The position numbers were made by a program, and so were the translations under genes. DNA of 64,000 bases from Spirochaetia bacterium (lineage in GTDB: Bacteria > Spirochaetota > Spirochaetia > SZUA-6 > Bin103): assembly GCA_965198005.1 (NCBI GenBank), contig CBDAOI010000003.1, positions 640,001 to 704,000 of the forward strand, written 5' to 3'. Under the pieces are notes generated by a model that did no database searches, was not told the origin of the DNA, and saw only the letters and a program-made list of their open reading frames with translations. Below are positions 30,480 to 41,721 of the stretch, one piece after another (position 1 is the stretch's first letter; every line of letters starts with the position of its first letter).

Positions 30480-31580
30480 CTATGACGACCTTGTCCATCC
30501 CCAAATGTCGACGGCGAGATCCGCGAGATCCGCCGACCTTGCCTGGATGGCGGCAAAGTTCCAGGGCGCTGAACGGCTCGTGATGTCGAGCGCAAGCCGA
30601 CTAGGAGACTGCCCGAAAAGGTGCTTTTTCCGTTCGAAAGGAAGCCTTCCCATCTCAGAGTTCCTCTCACGCTTGCGCAAGCAGAGGTTCCCGACCGTAT
30701 TGATGATCCTTGAGTAATTCTCACTGTCGGCGTCGCCACCCATTTCGGACCTCCAGGCATCGCTGCTTTCGATATTTTGCGGTGCGATGTGTTCTACCGT
30801 GTCGAGCGTGGAGTAGTCCGGCAGCTCGCCAACGTGTTCCTGAGCCAGATGACGATCAAGCTCTTCGAGTATAAGCCGTGTGAAACCGAGCTCTCGTGAG
30901 CGATAGACAGGCCGGCCCATAAGAGCTTCTTTGAATTCATCGTCACTGACCCACAGTTGTTCTTTTTTGATCGTTTGGTGGAGAACGGCGGTCGAATGGG
31001 GGCCACCGGCGTCCCTTAACCTGTCGATGAGTGCGGGAAAGAACGAATCATATCGAGTTACTGACAATTCAGCTACTTTGCGACGTACCAGCAGCACATA
31101 TACCTCTCGGAGCAGCGATTCTGCTTCTTCCAGCATGAAGCCGTGGTCCCGTTCCTCTCTCAGAACCGCCAGCAAGAAAGGGCGACAGGAGGTCATGTTG
31201 GTCTCTCCTATTCTTCTTAGCAGCGTATCGAGGGTGCTCGTGCCATCTTTTGATTCGCCGAGTATTCGTCTATACAGCGGCGCCGACTCCGCGACGTTGT
31301 CTAAATGGCGGGTGGCGGAATTCGCATTGAGGTTCTTGTTGTGTTGCTTGAAGAACACGTAAAGCCGACGGCCCTTCCCAATGATCTTGTTCTGTCCGAT
31401 GGAGAACAGATGGCGCAGATACTCCTCGAAATCGAAGGAATCGACAACCGGTGACGAGCGGTCGATCTGTTGCACGTTGAGCCACTTTGATCGGTGCAAA
31501 TCCTCATGGTCACCGTTAGCCGCGATAAGTGGTCGGAACAGGTAATTGCATAACAGTTCGTGCGCCGTAAGCTGTATTCC
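30480..31580 (-). pseudogene. GmrSD-like (DUF262-DUF1524) nuclease, 5'-truncated
   Basis: The frame extends upstream of the track start to GIQLTAHELLCNYLF. HNH-type TVEHIAPQ...NTVGNLCL...RNS. The DUF262 N-terminus is absent. Confidence 0.75.
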
Positions 31581-31729
31581 TTCGCATCCGGCCCAAGAAA
31601 ATGTCCGAGAAACTTCGATTGATTATCTCTCCTCTTTCAGGCATTGGTCTTCTCCTTCATCTACGCGAGGCAATTCAACCACCGCTCGTCTGCCCGAGTG
31701 TACCACGTATGAGGTGGCACCGACATGGT

Positions 31730-31836
31730 GCCGCGGTGAGCACCAGGCCGCCGCTCATCCACAGGTACACGTTGCGCAGGATGCGATTTTCGCGGATGGC
31801 CCGCACCGCGCTGAAACTGAGATCTCGTTGTGACAT
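31730..31836 (-). pseudogene. Bax inhibitor-1/YccA family, 5' stub
   Basis: RBS then MSQRDLSFSAVRAIRENRILRNVYLWMSGGLVLTAA. Confidence 0.55.
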
Positions 31837-31924
31837 GCCTCTCTCCTTGCCCGACACCGTAAGGTGCCGCGCTCAGGGGGCCGGGTCAACCGAACGCACG
31901 GTGGTCACTGTGGACGTCGGTCAG

Positions 31925-32139
31925 TGTCGCCATCCCGCTGATCATCATCTTCTCGATCAACATTGGCGGGGTCATCATTGCCGAAGCGTCGCTGAGCTTT
32001 CTCGGATTTGGACTGCCTCCCGAAGTGCCGAGCTGGGGCGGCATGCTGAGCCGGGAAGGGCGCAAGTACATGGAGCAGGCGCCATGGCTGGCTCTCTGGC
32101 CCGGCCTGTGCCTGACCATCGTCGTCTACAGTCTGAACT
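31925..32139 (+). pseudogene. OppC-like permease, internal/3' fragment
   Basis: Encodes IIIFSINIGGVIIAEASLSFLGFGLPPEVPSWGG...VYSLN, matching paralogs in the window. Confidence 0.85.
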
Positions 32140-33340
32140 GGCCCGAATACCCGCTGTTCTGCCGGGCGGTGCGCGACTCTCGGACTATCTGAGCGTCGGC
32201 GTCATCGCGCAGGTGTTTCCGTTGCCGGCCGTGCGGGCAGCGCTTGATGAGAGCGGTCGGCGCAGCCAGCGACAGCGGTCACTGCCGGCGGAGGTGATGG
32301 TCTACTACGTCATCGCGATGGCGCTGTTTCGGTCGGTATCGGCGCGTGAAGTATTGCGCTGCCTGGTGGACGGGTTGCGCTGGATGGCGACCAGTATGCC
32401 GGTCCGGGTATCGGGCAAGTCGTCGATTTCGCGGGCGCGGACGCGGCTGGGCACGGCGCCGTTCGAGGCGCTGTGCCGCGCGCAGGTGGAGGTAGTGGCG
32501 GACTCCCAGACGCGCGGGGCATGGTACCGTGGACGGCGGCTGGTGGCGTTCGACGGATCGACGCTGGACGTGCCGGATGAGAGCGAGAATCGGGAGACCT
32601 TCGGGTTGCCGGGCAGTGGCCGCGGGCAAGCGGCGTTTCCCCAGGTACGGCTGACCGCGATGGTGGAAGTGGGCACGCGGGCGGCCTTTGCCTGGCACCG
32701 GGGGCCGTTGCGGGAATCGGAGGAGGAGCAAGCGGAAGCGTTACTCAGCCATTTGACGGCCGGGATGCTGGTGCTGGCGGATCGGGGCTACTTCGGGTTC
32801 CCGCTGTGGCTACGAGCAACGCAGACCGGTGCCGACCTGCTATGGCGGGTGATGGCTCGGAACCACTTGCCGGTCCTGGAACGGCTTGCTGACGGGTCCT
32901 TTCGCAGTATCGTCCGTGGCAGCGGCCAGGACCGTAGGCGCAGCCGGGGAGAGTGTCCGATCCGGGTCGTGGAGTATCGGATCGCAGGTGAAAGCGACGA
33001 AGTGTTCCGGCTCGCCACCACCCTGCTCGATCCCGAGCAAGCCCCGGCCACCGAATTGGCGGCCCTCTATCACGAACGCTGGGAGAGCGAGAACGCCTAT
33101 GACGAGGTCAAGACTCACCTGCTCGGACCCGGCGCAGTGCTGCGCAGCAAGACCCCGAACCTCGTGCGCCAGGAGGTGGACGGACTGATGCTGGCGTATT
33201 ACGCGGTGCGCCGTCTGATCCACGCTGCGGCCCGCCAAGCCGACGAGGACCCGGATCGACTATCGTTCGTGCATGCCGTCCAGGTCGTGCGCCGCCGGGT
33301 TCAGAACCCCGGCGCTTTTCCCCCCGGCGGATCAGGGTAA
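32140..33340 (+). mobile_element. IS4-family transposase, start codon and left end lost
   Basis: ARIPAVLPGGARLSDYLSVG..., VAFDGSTL, LADRGY, LYHERWESE.AYDEVK (DDE/YREK). Confidence 0.88.
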
Positions 33341-33479
33341 ACGGCTTGGTACGATCTGGGTCTAAGATACCGGTACTTCCTTCCCGCCCTATGTCCATCA
33401 GCTGTTCGCGATGGTATCGATACGGGGATACGGGAAACTATCCTGTCCGGTCTTGGGGTTGCTTCCAGGCCGGACACCT

Positions 33480-34033
33480 GGGATAGGAGCCTGGCTGATT
33501 GGGAATGGATAATGGGCGTGAATTTCTGGGGTGTGCTCTACGGGGTACGCACATTCATCCCCATCATGATGAAACAGGAGACCGACTGTCACATCATTAA
33601 TGTCTCGTCAGGTGCTGGACTTGCACCGGGAGGACGGAATACGCTCTATGCTGTTTCAAAGCACGGTGTAGTCGTCCTTTCGGAAGCGCTCTACTTTCAA
33701 CTTGCCAAGCAAGCTCCTCATATCAAAGTGTCGGTCTATTGTCCTATGTGGGTCAGTAGCGAGCTAGATGATACTGTTGAGCGTAACCGCCCTAGTGACC
33801 AGCCGCCCCCTCCACTAACTCCAGAAGCGAAAGCAGAGTGGCGGAAGTCACTCGCCACGGGTATATCTATCGAGGAATCGGCAGATGTTCTCTTTAGGGG
33901 TATTGTGGAAGACAAGTTGTACATCGGGCCAAAAGGGTTCCCCGCCAGTGCCGACCCGGAATCGTTGATATCGGCGATACGAACAAGGGCGGAGAACATT
34001 ATCGACGAGCGCAACCCGGAACTGCCGTCCTGA
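33480..34033 (+). pseudogene. SDR oxidoreductase, 5'-truncated
   Basis: WEWIMGVNFWGV...IINVSSGAG...YAVSKHGV; the Rossmann TGxxxGxG motif is missing. Confidence 0.75.
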
Positions 34034-34115
34034 TGCGTAAGGACAATATTCAGGTCAACGCCATTCTGCCCAGTGGCGAACACCCAAAAAAACAGCCAAA
34101 CATGGAGGTAACACT

Positions 34116-35135
34116 ATGGCAAAGACAGTATCGACGCTTTCCGACGACCTTGCGTCGGCGATCGAATCGGCAGGACCCGGGGTCGTGCGTGTGGAGGCGA
34201 CACGTCGCCTGGGGGCATGCGGCCTGGCAACTGGCTTCGTCTGGTCGCCTGATGGGGTCATCGTCACTGCTCACCACGTCGTTGAACGAGACGACAACAT
34301 TAAGGTTGGCCTTGCCGACGACCCCGCCAGTTCGGTGCCCGCAACCCTTGTGGGGCGCGACCCGACTAGCGATATCGCGGTCCTGCGCACCGACGCCAGG
34401 GACCTCACGCCGCTATCATGGGCCGATCAGAGAGTCCCTGCCAACGATATTTCTATCGCCGGTTACACCGAATTCGCGGACAACATACGAGTCGGGCACG
34501 TGGTGTTTGCTCTGGGAAGACCCAGCAAGACCGTCCAGGCAAACCTGGGAATCGTCGGCGCGTTCGGGTTTGCGGGTCGCTACTTGGTGACCGATGTCGT
34601 GATGGACCCCGGGTTCCCCGGCGGGCCTCTGGTCGATGCCAACGGAAAGTTGTTGGGATTGAACACCACCGCTCGTCAGCGGTACGGATTCAACGTCGCA
34701 CTGGGGAAGCCTATGTTGAGCCCTGTCGTCGATGCGCTGCTATCCGAGGGGCACATCCGCAGGGGCCAGATCGGGGTTGGGACTCAGCCAGCCCGGTTGC
34801 CCGACGGGCTCGCAAAGGAGCTGGGTCAGGAGAGCGGACTGCTACTGGTCTCGGTGGAGCCGGGCAGTCCTGCCGATAAGGGCGGCCTGCTCCTGGGCGA
34901 CATCATCGTCGGCCTGCACGGGGTTCCTGTGGGGAGCCATTATGACACTGGTCACAAGCTGGACGACCTCCTCAGTCACCAGGGTGCCCCAACCGCTCGT
35001 TGGTTATGGGCGATGACTTACTTGATCCATTCACAGTTGCTGAGCGACGCGACGACTGGGAAAGAACTGTCAGTAGAGATAGTGCGTGGAGGCACAGTCC
35101 GGGCGCTTCGGGTGGTAATCGACGAGCAGAGCTAG
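34116..35135 (+). CDS. Trypsin-like (S1C/HtrA) protein with PDZ domain; catalytic Ser replaced by Pro
   Basis: RBS GGAGG; VTAHHVV, DPTSDIAVL, PGFPGGPLVD, VEPGSPADKGGL..GDII. Confidence 0.8.
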   Translation: MAKTVSTLSDDLASAIESAGPGVVRVEATRRLGACGLATGFVWSPDGVIVTAHHVVERDDNIKVGLADDPASSVPATLVGRDPTSDIAVLRTDARDLTPLSWADQRVPANDISIAGYTEFADNIRVGHVVFALGRPSKTVQANLGIVGAFGFAGRYLVTDVVMDPGFPGGPLVDANGKLLGLNTTARQRYGFNVALGKPMLSPVVDALLSEGHIRRGQIGVGTQPARLPDGLAKELGQESGLLLVSVEPGSPADKGGLLLGDIIVGLHGVPVGSHYDTGHKLDDLLSHQGAPTARWLWAMTYLIHSQLLSDATTGKELSVEIVRGGTVRALRVVIDEQS

Positions 35136-35137
35136 GT

Positions 35138-36346
35138 GGGTCGACAGGCAAGCAATAACGGCCCCGCTCTCCACAGAAATCGCCGAAGTTGTGGAGTAAG
35201 TGTGCGGCAGCCTCGTGCAGATATAGTAGCGTAGCCAGGCTCAGGGATAGTGCGTTCTTGAGGCGCGCTTGGCTTGATATGGAAATCTCAGTTATGGAGG
35301 TAACAGATGTCAGGAGCACTCGAACAACGCCCCTTCGGAAACACCGGTGAGAAGGTCACCGTTATCGGTTTGGGAGGCGCTTTTCTCTACAAACACTCCT
35401 TTGAGCAAGGGGTAGAAACGGTCAAACATGCGTTGGAGCTAGGTGTCAACTATTTCGATACCTCTCCAGCGTACGGAAGACGGAGGGATGGCAAGTGGAT
35501 CAGCAGGGGTGAATCGCAGTTAATCATGGGTGAGGGTCTTGACGGGAGTACGAAACCGCATCTACTTGCGACCAAGCTACATAAGTGCCGCTCAGTAGAA
35601 GATTTCCGCGCCCAAATACAAGAGAACCTACATGCCCTGCGTCGTGATAGGGTCGATATACTCCAGGCGCACGACATCGAGCGGGCATACTTATGGAAGC
35701 CCGACCGCCAGAGTACTGACATGCTGAACCTTGATGAGGAGCTAGACTTCGAGAACGCCCCGGTGATACAGGCGATGCGTGAAGCAAAGAAGCAAGGGCT
35801 CTGCAGTTTCATTGGTATCAGCTCACAGTGGTCCGAAATGATAGTCCACGTCCTGAAGCATGTAAGGCTAGACATGTGTCTCTCTGCCATGGAGTATTCG
35901 CTGTATAACCGACGTTCCCCGCATGTGGTGTTGCCGTTCATTCGTGAGCAGGGGGTTGCTTATGTCGTAGGAGGGATATTCGCCATACATCGTAGACATT
36001 TGCAGCCTTCCGCAGAAGATATTTGTGGATCGGCATTCTCCGATGAGCGCCTGCTCAAGTTGGCGGAGACGACGGGCATGTCGATCGCGACGTTGACGGT
36101 TCGTTTCTTGATAGCGAATCAGGAGGTTTCGACCATTCTGGTGGGTGCGTCCACACCCGAGGAGATCGAGGAAAGCGTCGTGGCCGCGCAGGCAGGTCCG
36201 CTACCGCCCGACCTTCATCAGACCCTTGAGGAAGTGGGATCGAATACCGGCTTCTATGATATAGTCTCGTAGGATAATGATGAGAGATTATGTCAGGAAG
36301 AGGGTCGACATGCAAGCAATAACGGCACAGCTCCCCACAGAAATCG
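35138..36346. repeat. 45-bp direct repeats flanking the aldo/keto reductase gene
   Basis: 35138-35182 and 36302-36346 match at 41/45 positions. Confidence 0.8.
35307..36272 (+). CDS. Aldo/keto reductase
   Basis: RPFGNTG..VTVIGLGG, GVNYFDTSPAYG, LATK, DILQAHD, ILVGAST. Confidence 0.9.
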   Translation: MSGALEQRPFGNTGEKVTVIGLGGAFLYKHSFEQGVETVKHALELGVNYFDTSPAYGRRRDGKWISRGESQLIMGEGLDGSTKPHLLATKLHKCRSVEDFRAQIQENLHALRRDRVDILQAHDIERAYLWKPDRQSTDMLNLDEELDFENAPVIQAMREAKKQGLCSFIGISSQWSEMIVHVLKHVRLDMCLSAMEYSLYNRRSPHVVLPFIREQGVAYVVGGIFAIHRRHLQPSAEDICGSAFSDERLLKLAETTGMSIATLTVRFLIANQEVSTILVGASTPEEIEESVVAAQAGPLPPDLHQTLEEVGSNTGFYDIVS

Positions 36347-36420
36347 ATTAAGACGACCGCGGTGTCCACCGAACCGGGGGCGCTACAATTGGAACCGCTC
36401 AGCAAGGTATTGAATAGACG

Positions 36421-36470
36421 ATGAAGACCTATATAATAAGAAGATTATTGCTATTCATACCCACCCTTTT
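36421..36470 (+). pseudogene. OppB-like 5' stub (about 16 codons)
   Basis: MKTYIIRRLLLFIPTL then unrelated sequence. Confidence 0.7.
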
Positions 36471-36473
36471 AAC

Positions 36474-36532
36474 ACCCCGGGCTCACGCCGCGCGTGCGTG
36501 CGGTTCTTTCAGTATCATGTTCACCTCCTTCT
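36474..36532 (-). promoter_or_regulatory. Orphan partial type-1 leader with micro-ORF MILKEPHARAA (36518-36483)
   Basis: Near-identical to about 44995-45075; AAGGAGGT SD. Confidence 0.65.
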
Positions 36533-36584
36533 TGGGGCACAGAGTGCCCTGCCAGCACCTCAGTTGGGGCCCCAAAAAGAGGGA

Positions 36585-37008
36585 GCAACTTGCGCGTGCT
36601 GTGTTGGAGATCCCCGGCACATCAATCACGAAGCGGCGCATCGCTGGTTCCGGGGCTGGCACCGGCGTGTCGCGCTGGGCGACCTGTTCAGTGACGGAGA
36701 ACGGCTGTGTGCGTATTCTCACCAACCCCGCCTACCCGACGGTCTCTGCCACACCCTCGGAGGTGCTGACGCGTTTGCAGCGGTTTTGCGATTCGGGGGG
36801 ACATTCTTTCTGGTCGGATGATGTCGCGCTGCGCACCGCCCTGGATGGCGCCGGCAAGGAGCGCCTCCACGGTTATCGACAGGTCACCGACTTTCACCTT
36901 GCAGCGCTGTCTGCTGCACGCGGCGGACAGCTGGCCACATTCGACGGCCGGCTGGAACGCTCCCTTGCCGGCACCGGCCTCGCGAACGCGGTGGCGCTGG
37001 TCCAGTAG
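36585..37008 (+). pseudogene. VapC/PIN ribonuclease toxin, 5'-truncated and frameshifted
   Basis: H..HEAAHRWF in one frame, then WATCSVTENGCVRILTNPAY...QVTDFHLAAL..ARGGQLATFD. Confidence 0.75.
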
Positions 37009-38067
37009 TCATCCGGCCAGCGCGATGTCCCCAGTTTGGGCGGGCGAGATTCTCATTGACACCGCCGCCGGCAAGATCTGGCTGATGTGGCCGAGCCGAG
37101 GCTGCATCGAGACAGGGACAATGGCGGACGAGGGGGACTGGAGCCGGGCCACATTCGAGGGGATTCGTAGGCGCCACCGCGCTGTGAATCGGCAGGCAAA
37201 GTGACCCCAGGTCGGCATCCAAAGGGACCCCCCTTCCCGGCTGGTCGTTTAGGTTGTACTACCGGGCGAGTATTGAGTCAACCCTGACCTCTCGTTCGGG
37301 GACTGCGGTCTGTCGTCATTGGGAGATAAACAGCGATCGGCGATTGTCGTCTGGTAGCGTGCGTGTGTAGATCGAATCCAAGCAGTGCAGCACACGCCGG
37401 GGAATCCGCGCGGGACGAGCCCCTGCGTGGCGGCGGAGAGGGTAGCGCACGGCAGTGGAGGTGCGCGCATCGGAGCGAGCGCGGCAAGGTTGGTGTTGCG
37501 ACCGGGCAGAAGATACCCGGACCGGTGGGAGACGCCTGCGGGATCGAGGGTGAAACCCACGGTTTTGGGCGATTCTGCGTGGCGCGACAATCAGGATGAG
37601 AATCGGGCGACAATCACGATGAGAATCAATGTCGCAACGAGACACCGGGTGGCGTAGGTCGGTTGGGTTGTGCAAGGGGGGTCGGGTCCGAGGCCGAGAT
37701 CGTCGGCGTAGCGGCGCGCGGTGCTGCCTGTCCGAGCAGCCTCGAACTCGACCGGCGAGCGGCTCGCGGTTGGACCTCCGGAGCGCCGCGCCGCGCCCCT
37801 CCTGTACGGATTTGGGAGGAGCGTAGCGGAGGGTCGGACCTGACCCCGTCCGGAAATCAGCCTCCAAGTGGCTTGTTCGCGCCAGACGGGTGGCTTTTTT
37901 TTCTGGACGGCTGGCTCTCTCAAATCGGAATCAGGGGCTTTGCACGGGAGAATCTGCACGTAGCGACCGTGAGGAGTCCCTGGCGGCACCGTAGCGGCCC
38001 CAGGGGCCGCCGGGGGCCGGCCAAGTCAGGACTTGAGGAACTAAAGCGGGCGTGCTGCGGGTTTCCC

Positions 38068-38290
38068 TCAGTCACGCCCGAACCCGCGCGGCGGTTCGAC
38101 GCTCTCCAGTTCGGCAAGCTCAAGGGCGCAAATCGCCTGCAGCTGGTGAGCGAGCGCGGACTCCCCGAGATTGTCGGGCAGGTTGTCGAGCCACGCCTGG
38201 TACTCACCCTGGAGGTCGAGCAGGGTGCGCACCGCCTCCTGCCAGCGCTGCGGTCGCGACCTGCGGTCCTGCGGCGTGCGGTAATGCAGG
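38068..38290 (-). pseudogene. Small mobile-element-associated hypothetical protein, 5'-truncated
   Basis: DRRSRPQRWQEAV..LLDLQ.EYQAWLDNLP...EPPRGFGRD is protein-like and resembles a small family I recall from plasmid/IME contexts (unverified). Confidence 0.5.
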
Positions 38291-38297
38291 CGCGGCT

Positions 38298-38956
38298 GAG
38301 TGGGACGGGACTTCCTCAGCCGCAACATCTACGGTGCGCGCCTGTCGCTGCTGGTCGGCTTCGCGGCCACCGCGGTGGCGGTGCTGGTGGCCACCGCCGT
38401 CGGCGGCCTGTCGGGGTTCGTCGGCGGGCGACTCGACCTGCTGACGCAGAGATTCGTCGATGCCTGGATGGCGTTTCCGGGACTTCTCCTGCTCATGACC
38501 ATCATGTCGATCCTGGGTACCGGTGCGCCGCAAATCATCATCGTGCTGGGCCTGACCTACGGCATCGGCAGCTCGCGCGTCATCCGGGGCGCGGTGATCG
38601 CCGTCAAGGAGAACGCCTACTTCCAGGCCGCCAGGGCCGTCGGCAATCCTGGGTGGCGCACGATGCTGCGCCATGTGCTGCCGAACGTGTTCGCCCCCAT
38701 CATCATCACCGAGGCCAGCTTGAGCTTTCTCGGCTTCGGGCTGCCCTTGAGCGTTCCCAGCTGGGGCGGCCTGCTGAGCCGTGAGGGGCGCCGCTACATG
38801 CAGGTGGCGCCGTGGCTGGCCATGTGGCCCGGCATCTTCCTCACCATCGTGGTGTACAGCTTCAACATGTTCGGAGACGCGGTGCGCGACCTGCTCGACC
38901 CGAGGCTGCGGGGTGGTGGCGGGCGGCTGGGTGCCGATGCCGCCAGGGCGGTTTGA
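38298..38956 (+). pseudogene. OppC-like permease, 5'-truncated, with 33-bp in-frame deletion
   Basis: Very close to 62015-62660; lacks VIFSITIGAVI. Confidence 0.88.
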
Positions 38957-38981
38957 CAGCGCGCGCATGCGCTCCGCACCC

Positions 38982-39200
38982 GGTGTCACGCCGGATGCAC
39001 GCTGACCTGGACCCGTGGTTCTATCCGCTGCCCGCGGGTGGCATGGTTGTTGCTGTTCCGGAGGCGTGACCGGAACGCGGCCGACCAGGTCGACGAGCGC
39101 CGGGCTGTGCATGGGCGTGACCTGGCCGCTCAGCTCGAAGCAGCGCCTGGCATCGTAGTGTCGGCGCATCATCGGGCACCGTAGACCGAGTCGGCGAAGT
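38982..39200 (-). repeat. Dispersed non-coding repeat, copy 1 (inverted relative to 40321-40581)
   Basis: Reverse complement shares CTTCGCCGACTCGGTCT..., GGCGCTGCTTCGAGCTGA.CGGCCAGGTCACGCC and GTGCATCCGGCGTGACACC. Confidence 0.75.
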
Positions 39201-39429
39201 AGGTGGTCCCGTAGAGCTGCTCCGACAAGCGCGCCAGGTACTCGCCCGAGCGACCGTTGGATAAGCCGTGTGACCAAGGACTGCGGGCGCTGCTGTCATG
39301 ACTTCCGTCGATACCCGAAATCCCCAATCCTATGTGTTGTGGACCGAGCGCTGAACGAGATCGTGTTCAGCGAAACACAGGGCAGACGGACGTCGTCATG
39401 CAGGCCGTTGAGGAGGTTCTTGAGCGAGC

Positions 39430-39850
39430 GTGAGCGTGCGTGTGGTGCTCGACACTGGGATCCTCATTGCCGCTCTGATCACACGGGACACACCGCCAGA
39501 CCAAATGTACCAGCTCTGGCGTAAGCGACGGTTTACACTGATCACGTCGGAACCGCAGCTGAGCGAGTTCCGGCGCGTCACCCGCTATCCGAAGTGTATC
39601 GTTTCTGAAGCCTCACGAAGCAGGAACGCTGCTAAGGCTAAGGGGGTTGCGCGCCAGAGCCGACATCGTCTCAGAGCTTCCACAGATCGACCTTGTCGAT
39701 GACGCCGGCGACAATCTCTTGCTCGCCACTGCGGTCGCCGGCGATGCTGATCATCTCGCCAACGGAGATCGGCGTCACCTCTTGCGCCTGAAGAAGGTGC
39801 AGCGGGCGAGGATCCTGACGGCACGCGAGTTTGGCAGCGCTGCTCGACTG
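39430..39850 (+). pseudogene. PIN-family putative toxin, internally deleted/frameshifted
   Basis: VRVVLDTGILIAALIT...LSEFRRVTRYPK, then in another frame DAGDNLLLATAVAGDADHL..GDRRHLL. Confidence 0.75.
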
Positions 39851-40094
39851 ACCGGTCCCGACGAACGGGCCGGCGCCGCCAGCGGGCCTTTTCCCCAAAG
39901 TCGCTGGTCGCGCCGCTTATGCCACAGTTTCGTGCGTGGCGGCCGATGAGAGGGATGGGCACGGTTGCAGGAGCGGTGGCGATTCCCCGAGGTCAGTGGT
40001 GTTGTTCCCCGAGCGGCCTGCCGACGGTCGGTGGGGAGCGGGTTCACGGCTCGTGTGTCGTGGCCTCCCAGCCGCCGGCTACTGCCGGGTGGTG

Positions 40095-40581
40095 GCCTCC
40101 GACCTTCGCCACGATGATGCACAGACCCTGCAATGCCAGTCGCCGCTTTCAGACTGACCGGTTCGGTCAGCGGGTTCCATGACCCGTCGCTGGTGAGCGT
40201 GATGGGTGGTGACTCCGGACGCGCGCAATCGCCCCGCCCTCCATGGCGCGGGAACGCCTGTGTTGGGCCCCATGGACGGGGCCCACGAAACGGACGACGC
40301 CTCAGTCGTGTGATGAGTCACTTCGCCGACTCGGTCTGCGGTGCCTAATGACGCGCCGACACTACGATGCCTGGCGCTGCTTCGAGCTGACCGGCCAGGT
40401 CACGCCTATACACAGTGCGGCGCTCCGTCGACCTGGTCGGGCGCGTTCCGGGCGCGCCTCCGGAGTTGCCAACGGGCTCCCAGCCCACGACGTCCCTGTC
40501 GCGGTCCGCGAGCTACATGCCACCCGTGGCGGCAGGGAGGGCGCCATCGGGTGGAGGTCACCGTGCATCCGGCGTGACACC
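40095..40581 (+). repeat. Dispersed non-coding repeat, copy 2
   Basis: 40095-40140 and 40328-40405 match 48253-48372; 40321-40581 matches 38982-39200 inverted. Confidence 0.75.
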
Positions 40582-40773
40582 GCGGGGCTGCCGGTCGGCC
40601 GCGCACGCACAGGTCGGTGCGGCGGCGGTGGCGAAGCCGAAGGATGCCCGCGCCGGGGTGATCGAGCGCGAAGACATCTGGGGCCGATCCGTCGCACCTC
40701 GCCTTGCTGACTGGGCTGGACGGGCACCCACGCGCAGGCGCGTGCTCACCTGCGCTGCCGCAGGTGGGCCTTC

Positions 40774-41706
40774 TTAGACCGACCTGGCGGCAGCGTCACC
40801 GACACGGCCCCCACCACCCCGCAGCCGCGGGTCGAGCAGGTCGCGCATGGCATCACCGAACATGTTCAGACTGTACACGACGAGGGTCAGGCAGAGACCT
40901 GGCCAGATTGCGAGCCAAGGCGCCTGCTCCATGTACCGCCGGCCCTCCCAGCTGAGCAGAGTACCCCAGCTAGGAACCTCGGGAGGCAGACCGAATCCGA
41001 GGAAGCTCAGAGAAGCCTCACTCATAATCGCCCCCCCGATGTTGATGCTGAAGATGATGATCAGCGGCGCCCCGATATTGGGCAGGACGTGGCGGGTAAA
41101 TGCTCTCCATTTTGCAGAGCCAATCGACGCTGCCGCCTGAAAATAGTCGTTCTCCTTTACGGTGATAACGGCGCCTCTGACTACTCTCGAGCCACCGATG
41201 CCTCCTGATATCCCCAGGACCAGGATCATCTGGGGCACACCCTGCCCCAACATGGACATGATGGTCAGCAGCAGGAGCAGTCCCGGAAAAGCCATCCAGG
41301 CATCGACAAATCTCTGCACACCCAGGTCCAGCTTACCACCGAGGAATCCGGAAATGCCGCCGATGAGGACGGCGACGACGACATTGAGCGTGGTCGCGGA
41401 CAGCCCGACAAGCATCGAAAGACGAGCCCCGTAGATGAGGCGGCTCAAGTAGTCTCGCCCCAACTGGTCGGTACCCAGCAGATACCGGGCCGATGCGCCC
41501 TGCAGCCTGTCTACCAGGTGCATTTCAGTGTAGCCATAGGGAGCCAGAACATCGGCGAAGACGGCCACCAGAATCAACAGCAATACGATAATCCCGCAGG
41601 CAGTACCCAGTGGCTTCTCTCTCCACAGACTGACAAAGAAATCGGCCAGCCCGGTAGCTCTCCTTGGCTCGCTTGCTACTGTGCGTATACCCGAGGCGTT
41701 ACTCAT
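40774..41706 (-). CDS. OppC/DppC-like permease, cassette 2
   Basis: Same motifs as 15725-16621. Confidence 0.93.
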   Translation of the reverse strand: MSNASGIRTVASEPRRATGLADFFVSLWREKPLGTACGIIVLLLILVAVFADVLAPYGYTEMHLVDRLQGASARYLLGTDQLGRDYLSRLIYGARLSMLVGLSATTLNVVVAVLIGGISGFLGGKLDLGVQRFVDAWMAFPGLLLLLTIMSMLGQGVPQMILVLGISGGIGGSRVVRGAVITVKENDYFQAAASIGSAKWRAFTRHVLPNIGAPLIIIFSINIGGAIMSEASLSFLGFGLPPEVPSWGTLLSWEGRRYMEQAPWLAIWPGLCLTLVVYSLNMFGDAMRDLLDPRLRGGGGRVGDAAARSV

Positions 41707-41721
41707 GATCGCTGCTTTCTC

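Noticed and set aside
31601-33340. Novel 579-aa fusion protein
   Set aside because: An open frame running by chance across YccA/OppC scraps into an IS4 transposase that has lost its own start.
35138-36346. Integron attC sites
   Set aside because: No RYYYAAC/GTTRRRY boxes or long palindrome, and no intact integron integrase.
36421-37008. Single 195-aa OppB-PIN fusion gene
   Set aside because: Composed of an OppB stub, an inverted leader fragment and a frameshifted VapC remnant.
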